Assembly (NCBI GenBank): GCA_963695875.1
Contig: CAVOID010000008.1
Span: 1-64,000, forward strand
From: an uncultured delta proteobacterium
GTDB lineage: Bacteria; Desulfobacterota; Syntrophia; Syntrophales; UBA2185
DNA: 64,000 nt
Direction: 5' to 3'
Shown piece by piece: positions 51,596-63,306 of this stretch (position 1 is its first letter; each line of letters begins with the position of its first letter). The notes under the pieces were generated by a model that was not told the DNA's origin, made no database searches, and saw only the letters and a program-made list of their open reading frames with translations. A program made the translations under genes and the position numbers.

Positions 51596-51979
51596 CGGCA
51601 TTGTTTAAAGTCTCCTCATTTTCGCGGGGACAGGCTCCAGCTTATTTTGCTCTTTTTGCTTCCGGTGCAAGCTCAGGGCAAGTTATGCAAGGTACATGTA
51701 TGGACATCCCACAAAAGTTCCTTTGCAGATTGTTTTTTAGGGTAATGTGATATGATATTTCTTTTTTGTTTCCCGCCGGATCCAGGCAATATGCGCCTTG
51801 TAACTTACGCTGTTTATCCACCATTTTTTTCATTCGATTTCAGAATTTTTTACTAGGTATTATTTTCGAGCAAAAAAAAACTGGTTGACCTCAGGCAATT
51901 TTGGGATTAGGATGCCCGCCCTCATAATGACAGGGTTAAAAACTAGGCAGAATGAAACGAAACTTAGGAGGAAGTAGTT

Positions 51980-52516
51980 ATGAAGATTTCTGTAACTTTC
52001 AGAAATAAAGAGGGGGAAAATTGGCATAAGGAATATATTGATCAGAGGTTAAAAAAACTTGAGAAATATTTGGATACTCCTGTTGAGGCGCGTGTAGTTC
52101 TTTCCGTTGAGAAATTCAGAAATGTAGCAGAAGTAAATTTAATGACGAATGGGCAGAATATAAATGCAAAAGAAGAAGCCAAAGATATGTATCTTGCTAT
52201 CGATAATGCAATTGAAAAGATCGAACGTCAACTCAAGAAGCGCAAAGAAAGAATAAGAGGTCATAAAACCAATTCCGCGCGGGGAGAAGAAATAGCCACT
52301 GCAGAGCAATATTCAGATGAAGATGAAGTGCAGGAAACAAGAATAGTCGAAGTGAGAAAGGTTATATTGAAACCTATGTCTCTTGACGATGCCATTATGG
52401 AGATAGATTCATCAAGAAATCGTTTTGTTGTTTACAGAGATTCTTCGACGGAAAATGTCAGCATTATATATGTTCGTGATGATGGAAAGTACGCTCTAAT
52501 AGAGACAAGTAGCTGA
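51980..52516 (+). CDS. hpf: Long ribosome hibernation promoting factor
   Basis: DMYLAID..EKIERQL, KPMSLDDA, C-terminal S30EA domain. Follows rpoN. Confidence 0.9.
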   Translation: MKISVTFRNKEGENWHKEYIDQRLKKLEKYLDTPVEARVVLSVEKFRNVAEVNLMTNGQNINAKEEAKDMYLAIDNAIEKIERQLKKRKERIRGHKTNSARGEEIATAEQYSDEDEVQETRIVEVRKVILKPMSLDDAIMEIDSSRNRFVVYRDSSTENVSIIYVRDDGKYALIETSS

Positions 52517-52532
52517 GATTTGGGGACAGATC

Positions 52533-52994
52533 ATGAAAGTCACAGATATTTTCAGGAAGGAACATATAGTTGAAGGACTGAAATCAAAAAGCAAAAGGGA
52601 AGTTCTTGCTGAATTGTCAGGTGTGTTCCTTCAGGGTGATGTTAAATATAGTCATGAAGACATGGTAAACACTTTGCTCGAAAGAGAAAAGTTGGGAAGC
52701 ACCGGAATAGGTGACGGTGTTGCTATACCTCATGGCAAGTTAGCCAATCTGGAAGAGTTGATCGTCTCATTCGGTAGAAGCAAGGAAGGGGTTGAGTTTG
52801 ATGCCATGGACGGCAAGCCGGCCCACATTTTCTTTTTATTGATGGCACCGGAAGATACAACTGGTAAACACTTGAAAGCACTTGCTAAGATATCTAAAAT
52901 GTTGAAGGACAGCACCTTCAGAAAAAAGCTTTTGGAAGCGAAATCAAAGGATGAGTTATATATGATAATTGCAGACAAGGATGATTCATGCTGA
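52533..52994 (+). CDS. ptsN: PTS EIIA (nitrogen-regulatory type)
   Basis: REKLGSTGIGDGVAIPH, FDAMDGKP motifs. Confidence 0.9.
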   Translation: MKVTDIFRKEHIVEGLKSKSKREVLAELSGVFLQGDVKYSHEDMVNTLLEREKLGSTGIGDGVAIPHGKLANLEELIVSFGRSKEGVEFDAMDGKPAHIFFLLMAPEDTTGKHLKALAKISKMLKDSTFRKKLLEAKSKDELYMIIADKDDSC

Positions 52995-53114
52995 GATTTC
53001 TTTCAAGGGTCTCTTTGTATAATTATTTGAAATAGAGAACCTGCTTCGACTAGTCCGACGGATTTATTCCCTTAAGCGGGATATTTTTCAAAGGCCTCAG
53101 GGTATATTACTTCC

Positions 53115-53993
53115 ATGACTACATTGAAGCTAAAAGATATACTTGAAGGTGCGGAGGATAAATTAGGATTTGAACAAATGACCGGTAAAGCCGGTCTGAT
53201 GAGGAGGATAGATCATATTGGTGTAAAGCGATATGATGAGGAGAAAAGATTCTGGGACCGATTGAGCCCCGATGTTATTCTTATAATCTCACCATTATGT
53301 CTTTCTGAACTCGCAATGATATCATCAGAATCGCGCGAAGAGGTTTTTCAAACTATCATTTCATGCCGCATTCCCTGCGTAGCACTTTCAAAAACAGACT
53401 CACCACCCGATTTTATGCTCTCTTTTTCAGAATCGCACGGTATTCCTCTGTTTACGTCTATGTACGATGAGTTTCTTTTAGAAAGTCGTCTGCTGGGTCT
53501 TTTGCGTGAAAAGATTGATAAGGTAATTTCGATTCACGGCGCGCTTGTAAATGTTTTTGGTATTGGCGTAATAATTGCGGGAGACAGTGGCACAGGTAAG
53601 ACTGAATGTGCACGTGATTTAGCGGAAAGAGGACATGCATGGATAGCAGATGATGTTATAGAGATCGAGAAAAGGGGAAATATATTATATGGTCATAGTC
53701 ATGACCTGATAAGATATCTGATCCATATTAAACCTGAAGGTATTATTGATGCAAAGAAATTTTTCATTGCTTCAGCTGTTCTTGATGAAACAGTCATAGA
53801 CCTCCTAGTCGAATTAGCAACGGTAAACAATATCCAGAGGCAAGAAGGTGCTTATCCAGCAGAAAAGTTGCAGGATATTATGGGTATAAAGCTGTCATAC
53901 GTCCAACTGCCCTGTTTTCCTCATACCGAGAATATGTACAAGTGTATTGAACAAGCGGTTCAAAGATTGTTAAACGAAAGAAGCATTGCATGA
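53115..53993 (+). CDS. hprK: HPr kinase/phosphorylase-like protein (divergent)
   Basis: HGALV.VFG.GV...[20 protein letters not shown] motif, between ptsN and rapZ. Confidence 0.75.
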   Translation: MTTLKLKDILEGAEDKLGFEQMTGKAGLMRRIDHIGVKRYDEEKRFWDRLSPDVILIISPLCLSELAMISSESREEVFQTIISCRIPCVALSKTDSPPDFMLSFSESHGIPLFTSMYDEFLLESRLLGLLREKIDKVISIHGALVNVFGIGVIIAGDSGTGKTECARDLAERGHAWIADDVIEIEKRGNILYGHSHDLIRYLIHIKPEGIIDAKKFFIASAVLDETVIDLLVELATVNNIQRQEGAYPAEKLQDIMGIKLSYVQLPCFPHTENMYKCIEQAVQRLLNERSIA

Positions 53994-54856
53994 AAAACTT
54001 ACGTGTTGTGATCATTACGGGACTTTCCGGATCGGGCAAAAGTACAGCGCTCCGGGCATTGGAGGACATTGGCTTTTTTTGTGTGGATAATCTGCCCGTT
54101 GTCCTGCTGCCCAGATTTCTTAAGATTCAGTCTGATGATTCGAAGGGAATTACAAAGGTCGCTATGGTTATGGATTTGAGGGAGAAAAGTTTTCTTGAAA
54201 AATATACAAGGATTTTCCCCAAGTTGAAAAACATGGGGTACAAGATAGAGATACTTTTCCTTGATTCAGGTGATGATGCTCTCTTGCATCGTTTCAGTGA
54301 AACGAGAAGAGTGCATCCCATATCGGTCAAGGGTTCGGTCATGGAAGGTATAAATCTCGAGAGGGAGAAATTGGCCCCCTTGAAACAGATGGCGGATAGG
54401 GTTATTGATACTACTTCATACAATGTACATCAGTTAAAAGATGTGGTGCAAAGGCATTTTATTTCTTCATATGTTAGTCAAAGAATGATCATTCATGTGG
54501 CATCATTCGGATATCGTTATGGCATACCTGCTGATGCGGACATTGTACTTGATGTCAGGTTCCTTCCCAATCCATATTTTGTTGAGGAACTGAAGTACTA
54601 TGACGGACATCATCCAGGTGTCCGGGATTATGTGCTTGAATCTGACGAGAGCAAACTATTTATTCAAAAGCTGTTTCAATTGATGGCATTTCTCATCCCC
54701 CTTTATGAAAAGGAGGGAAAGGCGAGACTCAATATAGCCCTTGGATGCACAGGCGGGAGGCATCGATCAGTCGTCTTGGCAAATCAACTGGGGGCTTATT
54801 TTTCGGATAAAAATTATGTAGTGACAATAAATCACAGGGACATAAATAAAAGCTAA
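53990..54856 (+). CDS. rapZ: RNase adapter RapZ (YvcJ/YhbJ)
   Basis: [22 protein letters not shown]...[18 protein letters not shown] motifs. Confidence 0.94.
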   Translation: MKNLRVVIITGLSGSGKSTALRALEDIGFFCVDNLPVVLLPRFLKIQSDDSKGITKVAMVMDLREKSFLEKYTRIFPKLKNMGYKIEILFLDSGDDALLHRFSETRRVHPISVKGSVMEGINLEREKLAPLKQMADRVIDTTSYNVHQLKDVVQRHFISSYVSQRMIIHVASFGYRYGIPADADIVLDVRFLPNPYFVEELKYYDGHHPGVRDYVLESDESKLFIQKLFQLMAFLIPLYEKEGKARLNIALGCTGGRHRSVVLANQLGAYFSDKNYVVTINHRDINKS

Positions 54857-56181
54857 AAAGAAACCGCCATTTTCCTGCTTACATTATCGGCAATCCAATG
54901 GGGGTCCCACCATTCCTGTGGATTTACAAACTGCCCGCCGACGACCATTCCAAAATGGAGATGATCACCACCCGCAAGGCCTGATGTACCGGTATGGCCC
55001 ATTACATCGCCTTTTTTCACTTCCTGACCATTCTTTACATCGATCGAATTTAGATGGCCATAAAGAGTAAAAAGTCCAAAACCATGATCCACGACAATAA
55101 TATTACCATAGATGCCAAGATATCCGGTGTAAGCAATAATACCATTATTGGCAGCTTCAACGGGGGCATTTGCCGTCGAGGCAAGGTCTACACCCATGTG
55201 AATGCTGTTACCTACCGATTTACCCTGATATTGATAAGTTCTTTTATCACCGAATAAGGCCATAGGAGCGGCATTTTTCATTCTCAGGAATGTGCCGTCC
55301 CATAATTGCCGAGACTGTGACTTCCGACAAATATCCAGGACGGCATTATCATTATCTTCCCTCATCTTTCCGTTGACATATATAAATGTTTCAAGTGATG
55401 TTTTGCCCTGAAGAGATTGATTTTGACTCTGAAATTCAGGCATTTTCTGCTGCAAAAAGCTCTCGCTCAAAACCATCTTATCGCTGCGAAACTTTTTACT
55501 TCTGATAAGACAGGAAAGTGCAACAGATGATTCATTTCCTGCCAGATCTTGTGCAGTGACTTTAATATTAGTTCCGCTTCGCCTTACGTCAATGGGAAGG
55601 GCAAAGTAACTTATAATACATGGTTTGTCAGAAATAGTCGCAGGGTATCCCTGAGAAAAGTGATTTTCGATCTTGACACCGCTGGTTATAACTGGCTTCG
55701 ATGTCTTGTAAACAATGACACATGCACCGCCGGGATTTATATTGTTGGTCGTCGTAAATAAAAATATATTTGGGGGTGTCATGTCGATGTTGACCTGTCT
55801 GATTAAAGTGCTCTGGTTCTTCCAGAGTGAATTATCAGTTGCTGATGCATTCAGCGCAGCTGGCCCGTCGTGAAGTTTCATGGTTATGGGATCAACGGTG
55901 ATATTAACAGTGTTTTCTTTTGTTATCGAGTCGGTATAATTGACAGATGAAAGGACTTGCGTCTTATCATCCTGGGTAATTGTTATGCTTGAATTGCGAA
56001 GACCGCTTTTCGTGTCTATGAAAGTGATATTAATCACCTTATTACGTCCTATCGCACTTATATCCTGATCGATTTTGACGGTTGGCTTTTCCAATTCTCC
56101 GTAAAAATTAAAAAACCACAAGCCAAGACCAGTAAGTAATATAACGAATGCAGCTATCATGAATGGTTTGTATGTTTTCAT
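54853..56181 (-). CDS. M23 family metallopeptidase
   Basis: HMGVD, DHG.GL.TLYGHL, GDHLHF motifs. N-terminal TM segment. Confidence 0.9.
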   Translation of the reverse strand: MKTYKPFMIAAFVILLTGLGLWFFNFYGELEKPTVKIDQDISAIGRNKVINITFIDTKSGLRNSSITITQDDKTQVLSSVNYTDSITKENTVNITVDPITMKLHDGPAALNASATDNSLWKNQSTLIRQVNIDMTPPNIFLFTTTNNINPGGACVIVYKTSKPVITSGVKIENHFSQGYPATISDKPCIISYFALPIDVRRSGTNIKVTAQDLAGNESSVALSCLIRSKKFRSDKMVLSESFLQQKMPEFQSQNQSLQGKTSLETFIYVNGKMREDNDNAVLDICRKSQSRQLWDGTFLRMKNAAPMALFGDKRTYQYQGKSVGNSIHMGVDLASTANAPVEAANNGIIAYTGYLGIYGNIIVVDHGFGLFTLYGHLNSIDVKNGQEVKKGDVMGHTGTSGLAGGDHLHFGMVVGGQFVNPQEWWDPHWIADNVSRKMAVSF

Positions 56182-56382
56182 AAAAAAACCCCTTATAGAT
56201 TTAAAAAGGACACCGGTCGGACTTATAATGATTTTTAGGGCACTTTGCAAGTTTAAAAACAAATATATTCATGGGAGTGGCCGTATTACTCCTTGAACTT
56301 GTCTCTGAGAATTGCTATAAACAAAATAATATTGATAAACTGATTTTGTGTGAGATCCATGGTTTACATAAGGAATTAAATC

Positions 56383-57583
56383 ATGTTGAAAGATAAGAAA
56401 ATTGTGCTTGGCATAACGGGCGGTATAGCTGCTTATAAAGCTGCTGAGTTGACAAGGGAATTTGTAAAAGGGGAGGCTTTTGTCAGGGTAATCATGACAA
56501 AGAATGCGACCGAGTTCATAACCCCTCTGACTCTGCAATCTTTGTCTGGACATCCGGTCTTTACGGATATGTTTGCTCCTTTAAAAGAATTTGATATGGC
56601 ACATATCTCTCTCGCGGAGTATGCAGATATCGTCGTAATTGCGCCGGCTACAGCAAATATAATCGGGAAGATAGCTTCAGGTGTGGCAGATGATCTTTTA
56701 GCGACGATGGTTATGGTTACAAAGGCCCCGGTGCTCATCTGCCCAGCTATGAATGTGAACATGTATGATAATATCATCGTGAAAGAAAATATCAGCAGGC
56801 TTTCTGCACGTGGTTATCTGTTCATGGAACCCGGGTATGGTGAGCTTGCCTGCAAAGCCGAGGGTTACGGAAGGCTTCCTGAGATACCTGATATTGTTGA
56901 AGAGGTAGAAACTATTCTGACTCCCAAGGATCTGATGGGGGAGAAGATTCTCGTAACGGCCGGCCCCACCCGGGAACCTTTAGATCCGGTAAGATATATC
57001 ACCAATTATTCCTCGGGGAAAATGGGATATGCATTGGCAATTGCCGGAAAGCGGAGGGGTGCAAGTGTTACTCTCATCAGCGGCCCATCCTCATTACCGG
57101 CTCCTCGTGGTATAAACTTCGTTCCGGTGTCTAGCGCTGTGGAAATGAGAGATGCCGTTATGGAGAATTTAAATACATCAACTGTTATCATCAAAGCCGC
57201 TGCTGTGGCCGACTACCGGCCATCAGTCCGTTCTGAATTCCAAGATAAAAAAACAGGACGGTGAGCTTGTCATACGTCTTGAACGGAATCCGGACATTAT
57301 TGCAGAGGTAAGTAAAAAGAAGGGGAATCGTATTCTTGTCGGTTTTGCTGTGGAGACGGAAAACCTTCTTGAAAACGCCAGAACCAAGCTGGTGGAAAAA
57401 AATATGGATATTATTGTAGCCAATGACGTAACAAAAGAAGGTGCGGGATTTGGCTACGATACAAATATTATTAAAATACTGACTGCTGACAATCAGATTG
57501 AAGAGCTGCCTCTGATGAGTAAAATGGAGGTGGCTGATAGGATACTGGACAGGATCAGAGAAAAAATCATCATGAGCCGGTAA
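56383..57583 (+). CDS. coaBC: Bifunctional PPC decarboxylase/synthetase CoaBC; frameshift near 57238
   Basis: GITGGIAAYK, PAMN, LAC..G.GRL, TAGPT.E..DPVR, SSGKMG, AAVADY; then NPDI, VGFAVET, IVANDV. Confidence 0.94.
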
Positions 57584-57759
57584 CCTCTGATCCTGAAAGT
57601 TTGATCCATTAATATAAAAAAATTTGATTATGGAAAGTTTAAAAGCGGATCTGAGGGCTGAACTCCGTGCATTGGCACGATCTCTAAAAGTGCAAATCCG
57701 GTCGGACATTGATTTGGGGAGATTTCCATCATATATATGCATGAAGGGAGAGATTCCAC

Positions 57760-58381
57760 ATGAATGATAGTCCGGATGTTTGTCCATCACCTGTTGATAA
57801 TCGGACACTACCTCGGAAAGCATTATCTCTGGAGGAAGTGAGAAAAGAACTTGGTGATTGTCAGAGGTGCTCCCTGGGGCGGGTTAGAACCAACCTCGTT
57901 TTTGGTGAGGGGAACCCCAAAGCAGAGATCGTATTTGTAGGTGAAGCGCCGGGAAGAGATGAAGATGTCCAGGGGAGACCATTTGTCGGACGTGCCGGTC
58001 AGCTTCTGACCAGGATCATCGATAGCGATGGGATTAAAAAGGGAGGATGTATATATATGTAATATTCTGAAGTGTCGCCCTCCCGGAAATCGGAACCCCA
58101 GACCTGAGGAAATTATTACTTGTGAGCCTTTTCTGGTTAAGCAGCTTCAGGCAATTAATCCGAAGGTAATATGTGCCCTAGGTACGTTTGCAGCGCATAC
58201 TCTGCTTAAAACGGATGTTCCCATAACTGTTCTACGAGGAAAATTTCATACCTATCATGGGATACAATTGATGCCGACGTATCATCCGGCCTTTCTTCTG
58301 CGGAATCCGGCGGCAAAAAAGCAAGTGTGGGAAGACGTGCAGAAGATAATGAAAGTGTTGTCACCGCAAGCATCACATTGA
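57760..58381 (+). CDS. Uracil-DNA glycosylase family 4; frameshift near 58022 (N-terminus may extend to 57630)
   Basis: [33 protein letters not shown] motifs. Confidence 0.9.
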
Positions 58382-58410
58382 TTTCTTAAACAGTATTAAG
58401 GGGCCAAAGC

Positions 58411-59735
58411 ATGGTAAAAAATAAAATCAATATACCAATCCTGATTTTCGCACTGATACTATTCATGCTGCTATCAGGTCAAACATGTGCTGAAGAGAAT
58501 AAGCCAGTCTTTGATGTAATTACTGTAAGCGCGACCATTACCCCCCCGATTGCTGAATATATTCTTCAAAATATAGATGCATCGGCAAAAGCCGGTTCCG
58601 ACGGCCTGATCATCCTCCTCGATACGCCGGGAGGGTTGGACCTGGCCATGAGGGATATTGCAAAGGGTATCTTGAATTCTTCTATGCCTGTTGTGGTGTA
58701 CGTATATCCTTCCGGTGCACGGGCCGCTTCAGCAGGAGTTATAATAACGATCGCTGCACATATTGCCGCCATGACTCCCGGTACGAATATCGGCGCCGCC
58801 CATCCGGTAGGACTGGGCATAGGCGGTACGGACAAAACCATGATGAAAAAGGTGGAAAATGATGCGGTTGCCTATGTCCGGGGTATTGCCGTAAAGAGGG
58901 GACGAAATGCAGACTGGGTGGAAAAATCTGTCAGACAGAGTGAGTCTATTACTGCTGAAGATGCCCTCAAACTTAAGGTAATTGATTTTGTTGCGCCCAG
59001 ATCTGAATAACTTTGCTGGAACAGATTGACGGTAAAGAAGTATCTCTGTTATCCGGGAAGAAGAGTAGTTAAGAACAAAAGACGCCATCATCAATGAGAA
59101 AAAAATGGGGACACGGCAGAGGATACTCGCAGCTATCAGCGATCCCAATATCGCATATATTTTGTTTCTTGTCGGGCTTGCCGGTCTCTATTTTGAGCTT
59201 GCACATCCCGGCGTCATTCTTCCCGGGATTATCGGCGGTATTTCCCTGATCCTGGCCTTTTTTGCTCTTACAGACCTTGCCGGTAAATTATGCAGGGGTT
59301 CTTCTCATCCTTTTTGGTGTTATTCTTTTTATTGCAGAAATAAAGGTTATCAGCCACGGGTTATTAACGGTGGGTGGGATTATTTCTCTGATATTGGGGT
59401 CACTGTTGCTCTTTGATTCCCCTGATCCTGCCCTCAGGGTATCGTGGAGTGTCATGATCCCTACATTGACTATTATCTGTTTGTTTTTTGCCGGTATCAT
59501 TGCCCTTGTCCTGAAGGCCCAGATGAGAAAACGACGTACGGGAAAGGAAGGCATGGTGGGTGAGGAAGGAAAAGCGGTTACGGATGTTTATGAAACGGGA
59601 AAGGTCTTCATAAAGGGAGAGTACTGGAATGCGTCAAGTGACAAACCTGTGGAAAAGGGCAGGAGGGTGAGGATTGTAAAAGTTGAAGGTCTAATAATCA
59701 AAGTTGAAGAAATAGAAGATAAACAGGGAGGGTGA
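58411..59735 (+). CDS. nfeD: NfeD-family membrane-bound serine protease; two or more frameshifts
   Basis: LDTPGGL, GARAASAG, PGTNIGAAHPV, DPNIAYIL..GL.FE..HPG, C-terminal OB fold (GEYWNA). Confidence 0.88.
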
Positions 59736-59737
59736 AT

Positions 59738-60518
59738 ATGTTTTCTATTCCATTGATTGTATTAGTAGTCCTGGTAGTTATGTTTTTGGCAGTCAGCCAT
59801 CAGAATACTCAATGAGTATGAAAGAGGCGTGATTTTTCGTCTGGGGAGAGTTATCAACATGAAAGGCCCCGGTCTTATCATCCTGATACCTGTTGTGGAC
59901 AGGATGGTCAAGGTGGATATGCGGACCATTACCATGGATGTTCCACCTCAGGACGTTATTACGCGGGACAATGTATCAATTAAGGTAAATGCTGTCGTCT
60001 ATTTCCGGGTCATGGATGCAAACTCGGCCGTTATCGAGGTGGAGAACTATCTCTATGCCACCTCCCAGCTTGCCCAGACAACCTTACGGAGTGTCTGCGG
60101 CCAGTTTGAACTGGATGAGATTTTGTCAGAAAGGGAAAAGATCAATTTAACTCTGCAGGAAATATTGGATCGCAGCACCGATCCGTGGGGAATCAAGGTC
60201 ACACTCGTTGAAGTCAAGCATATAGACCTGCCGGAGGAGATGAAACGGGCTATCGCCAAACAGGCCGAAGCGGAGAGAGAACGTCGGGCAAAGGTCATCA
60301 ATGCCGAGGGTGAGTTCCAGGCCGCTCAGAAGCTGATCGAAGCTGCCGCCCTTATGGAAACGCAGCCGATGTCCCTCCAGCTCAGGTACCTGCAGACCTT
60401 GAATCAGATTGCAGCTGAGAATAATTCGACAACTCTCTTTCCCATTCCTATTGATCTGATAAAACCATTTTTGAGCACTTGCAGAGAAGTCAAAATAATT
60501 TTTCATGGAAAGGGCTGA
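59738..60518 (+). CDS. SPFH/stomatin (slipin, QmcA-like) protein; frameshift near 59792
   Basis: [50 protein letters not shown] motifs. Confidence 0.9.
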
Positions 60519-60524
60519 GTATAC

Positions 60525-60851
60525 ATGGAAGCGAGAGAAAGACGGCATATTTTGACAGGCGGCATGATGCTCATAGCACTTGGCATTCTCATTATCCTGA
60601 GCACTATGGGTATCTACGGGTTTGATAGGAGCTGGCCTATACTACTCATCGTAATTTCCATTGGCACCTTGATGCAGCGTGTCAAGGATATTGGGGGGTG
60701 GTTTATCGGTGCGGCCGGCGTCATTTTCCTGTTGGTAAATAATTGGGGGTATAATCTCCATGTAGTTGCGAGATACCTTTTCCCATTGCTCCTTATCCTT
60801 ATCGGTATCAACGTTTTGATAAAACATTATAGGAAGAGAAAACAGTCATGA
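60525..60851 (+). CDS. Small membrane protein (LiaF/DUF5668-like TM region)
   Basis: Four hydrophobic segments with WPILLI and FPLLLILIG repeats. Confidence 0.65.
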   Translation: MEARERRHILTGGMMLIALGILIILSTMGIYGFDRSWPILLIVISIGTLMQRVKDIGGWFIGAAGVIFLLVNNWGYNLHVVARYLFPLLLILIGINVLIKHYRKRKQS

Positions 60852-61525
60852 ATGCGGTTACAAAAAGTTCCGGGATTTTGGTTCTGTGTGACTTTGACGG
60901 GACCGTATGTACCGTAGACATGGGCAATGAAGTCCTGAATCGCTTTACCGATGAGGGATGGGAGGAGATCGACCGCGCCTATTGCGCGGATGAAATCGGT
61001 TCCCGGGTTGCATACATGCAGGTGGCCTCACTTTTTAGGGGGACCCGATCCCAGATGTTGGAATTTGTCAGCAACAGCGGAAGGATAGACCCTCATTTTC
61101 CTGCGTTTTATCAGTTTTGCAAAGATTCGGGAGTCGATCTTAAGATCGTATCAGATGGCCTTGACTTTTATATCAGTGCAATTTTGAAAAAACATAACCT
61201 TCAGGACATTGAATTCTTTTCCAATATTGTGGTATTTAAGGACAGTAATAGTATTTCAATAAAGTTTCCCCGAATGAACGATCAATGTAGGAAGTGCGGT
61301 ACATGTAAATCCGGTGTACTTAAACAGCACCGATCAGATTATAGCCGCGTCATCTATGTTGGTAATGGCTATTCAGATGTATGTCCCGCAGGAGACGCAG
61401 ATATCGTTTTTGCCAAGGATGTCCTGTATGAGAAGTGCCGGCAGAACGGCACCATTTGTGTGCATTATGAAAATTTCAATGATATCCTTGTTTCATTACG
61501 GCAGACGATTTATTTGAATTGTTGA
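60848..61525 (+). CDS. MtnX-like HAD-IB phosphatase
   Basis: CDFDGT, VSDG, CGTCK, YVGNGYSDVCPA..AD.VFAK motifs. Confidence 0.85.
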   Translation: MNAVTKSSGILVLCDFDGTVCTVDMGNEVLNRFTDEGWEEIDRAYCADEIGSRVAYMQVASLFRGTRSQMLEFVSNSGRIDPHFPAFYQFCKDSGVDLKIVSDGLDFYISAILKKHNLQDIEFFSNIVVFKDSNSISIKFPRMNDQCRKCGTCKSGVLKQHRSDYSRVIYVGNGYSDVCPAGDADIVFAKDVLYEKCRQNGTICVHYENFNDILVSLRQTIYLNC

Positions 61526-61630
61526 AAGACCGCTGAGAATAATTCTTGCCTATAACAGAAAGCACGTATTGTAATATCGATGACTGTCATTGCCAGAATC
61601 AGTCCAGTAGTTAAATAATTGAGGAGGCGC

Positions 61631-62995
61631 TCATTTTTTTCGCCGTACAAGTCGTTTACGCACCACCTTTACTCGTTTCGGACTAAGGCTCTGACGGTGC
61701 TGGCATGTCGCTCGGGGGCATTTCAGAATTATCTGCCCGGACGTATCTGTTACTTCTACTAAAAAGGGGTTTTTGCATCGGTTGCACTCTAAGAGGTGCG
61801 GCTTACCCCAGCTTATAAAGTTACAGTCGTTAGAGGGACATGAATAATATATTTTGCTGGCTGCCGTTGATTGTTCTTTCAGCACATTTTCCCTGCATAT
61901 CGGGCAAGTAAGCGCCAAGTCTTTCTCAAAGGCTGCGATCCTATTTGCGATATCATCGTCCTGCGTGCCCTCTTCTTCACCTGTTTCATCGATAAGCTCT
62001 TGATCTTCTCCGTCTGTGATCGGCGTTGCCTTCACTTGATCTACCGCAGCATCGTGAGAGACTGGATGTGCTTTTTCATTGGTTAATGGCGCCGATCCTT
62101 CGACCCCATCTATATAAAGCCCTCCTATGACAATTTTCGCCTGAATCTCCTGGTAAACTTCTTGGGCCTTTACATCCTGTACGGGAGAATGTTCGACTAC
62201 ATTGGGAGACTCGACCGAAGCTCCCTCTTTTTCTACTTCTGTATTGTGGATAATTTCAGGAGACATCTCTTCTTTTGGGGGAATTTTATCAACCTCAAGA
62301 GTTTTCAGGATACTGCCGCCTGCCAGGATCTTATGATTGCTCCGAAAAGAAGGCACGGTAGTGGGCTCCTGCCGAGTCTTGGAACGACTGTATAATTCCG
62401 CTAAAATCTGCTCACGGCTTAATTGACTTTTTTGTTGATCGTTGGCAGACGCCTGTGATGTTTCGATGCCCTTTGAAGGAGACGTATGGGGGGATTTCTG
62501 TCTTGAGACTGGAACTCCATGATGTTTTAAGGTCTGGTCAAATCGAGAAATTGCCGCATCCATGTCAGTGCGTCCGGTCACCGCTTCTTCAATGGTCTGT
62601 CCTATATAAGCGAGGAAATTGATCCCGGGCATTTTGGGGAAGATGCGGTCCAACAGGCGGGCCATTATAATGGTGGATTGCCGTGTAAAGAATCTGCCCT
62701 CAGAGTCAACTTCGGCATATCCCCTCTGAATCATATTCTGAAGCCAGGTTCTTAAATAATCATCAGGATGAATGCCCACATCAGCAGCTTCATGAAGAAA
62801 TGTATCATGAGTGTATCGCTCGATGGCTTCTGAAGGGGAGTTCTCGATCTCAATTTCTCGTCCGCCAAGGAGTACAAAACATCCTATTGTCGCGATATTC
62901 AAGGGAAGTCCCCCGATTCCCTGTTTTGTCCCTATCAGACGTTCGAAATGCCGGCCAAGGATTTCGTCAAATTGAGACCTTAACGAGTCTTTCAT
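61631..62995 (-). CDS. Hypothetical protein with C-terminal topoisomerase-type C4 zinc ribbons
   Basis: CPIC...YYSCPSNDCNFISW.KP...CNRC...KCPRATC, acidic linker, basic tail. Confidence 0.75.
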   Translation of the reverse strand: MKDSLRSQFDEILGRHFERLIGTKQGIGGLPLNIATIGCFVLLGGREIEIENSPSEAIERYTHDTFLHEAADVGIHPDDYLRTWLQNMIQRGYAEVDSEGRFFTRQSTIIMARLLDRIFPKMPGINFLAYIGQTIEEAVTGRTDMDAAISRFDQTLKHHGVPVSRQKSPHTSPSKGIETSQASANDQQKSQLSREQILAELYSRSKTRQEPTTVPSFRSNHKILAGGSILKTLEVDKIPPKEEMSPEIIHNTEVEKEGASVESPNVVEHSPVQDVKAQEVYQEIQAKIVIGGLYIDGVEGSAPLTNEKAHPVSHDAAVDQVKATPITDGEDQELIDETGEEEGTQDDDIANRIAAFEKDLALTCPICRENVLKEQSTAASKIYYSCPSNDCNFISWGKPHLLECNRCKNPFLVEVTDTSGQIILKCPRATCQHRQSLSPKRVKVVRKRLVRRKK

Positions 62996-63306
62996 ATGAC
63001 TACCTCATTACCAATTATTAAATATATGTATTATAAGAGCATTAAGATACTCATTATTTATATCGACAACTTTTTAGAAAAACAAAAATCTTATTATTAT
63101 TTTTATAAATATGGTTGATGGACTATCTCAATAATACTGCTTTGGATTAAAGAAAATGCTGTAATGATCGATATATATTTCATTAAGTACATCATTTCAT
63201 ATTTATGCATACAGCACTGATAATTCGAGCAGCGATGAGCAAAGACATCTATTGATCGGGATGACTGGACTTATGACATGATGTAATATGGGAGCAGGAG
63301 ATTTCT

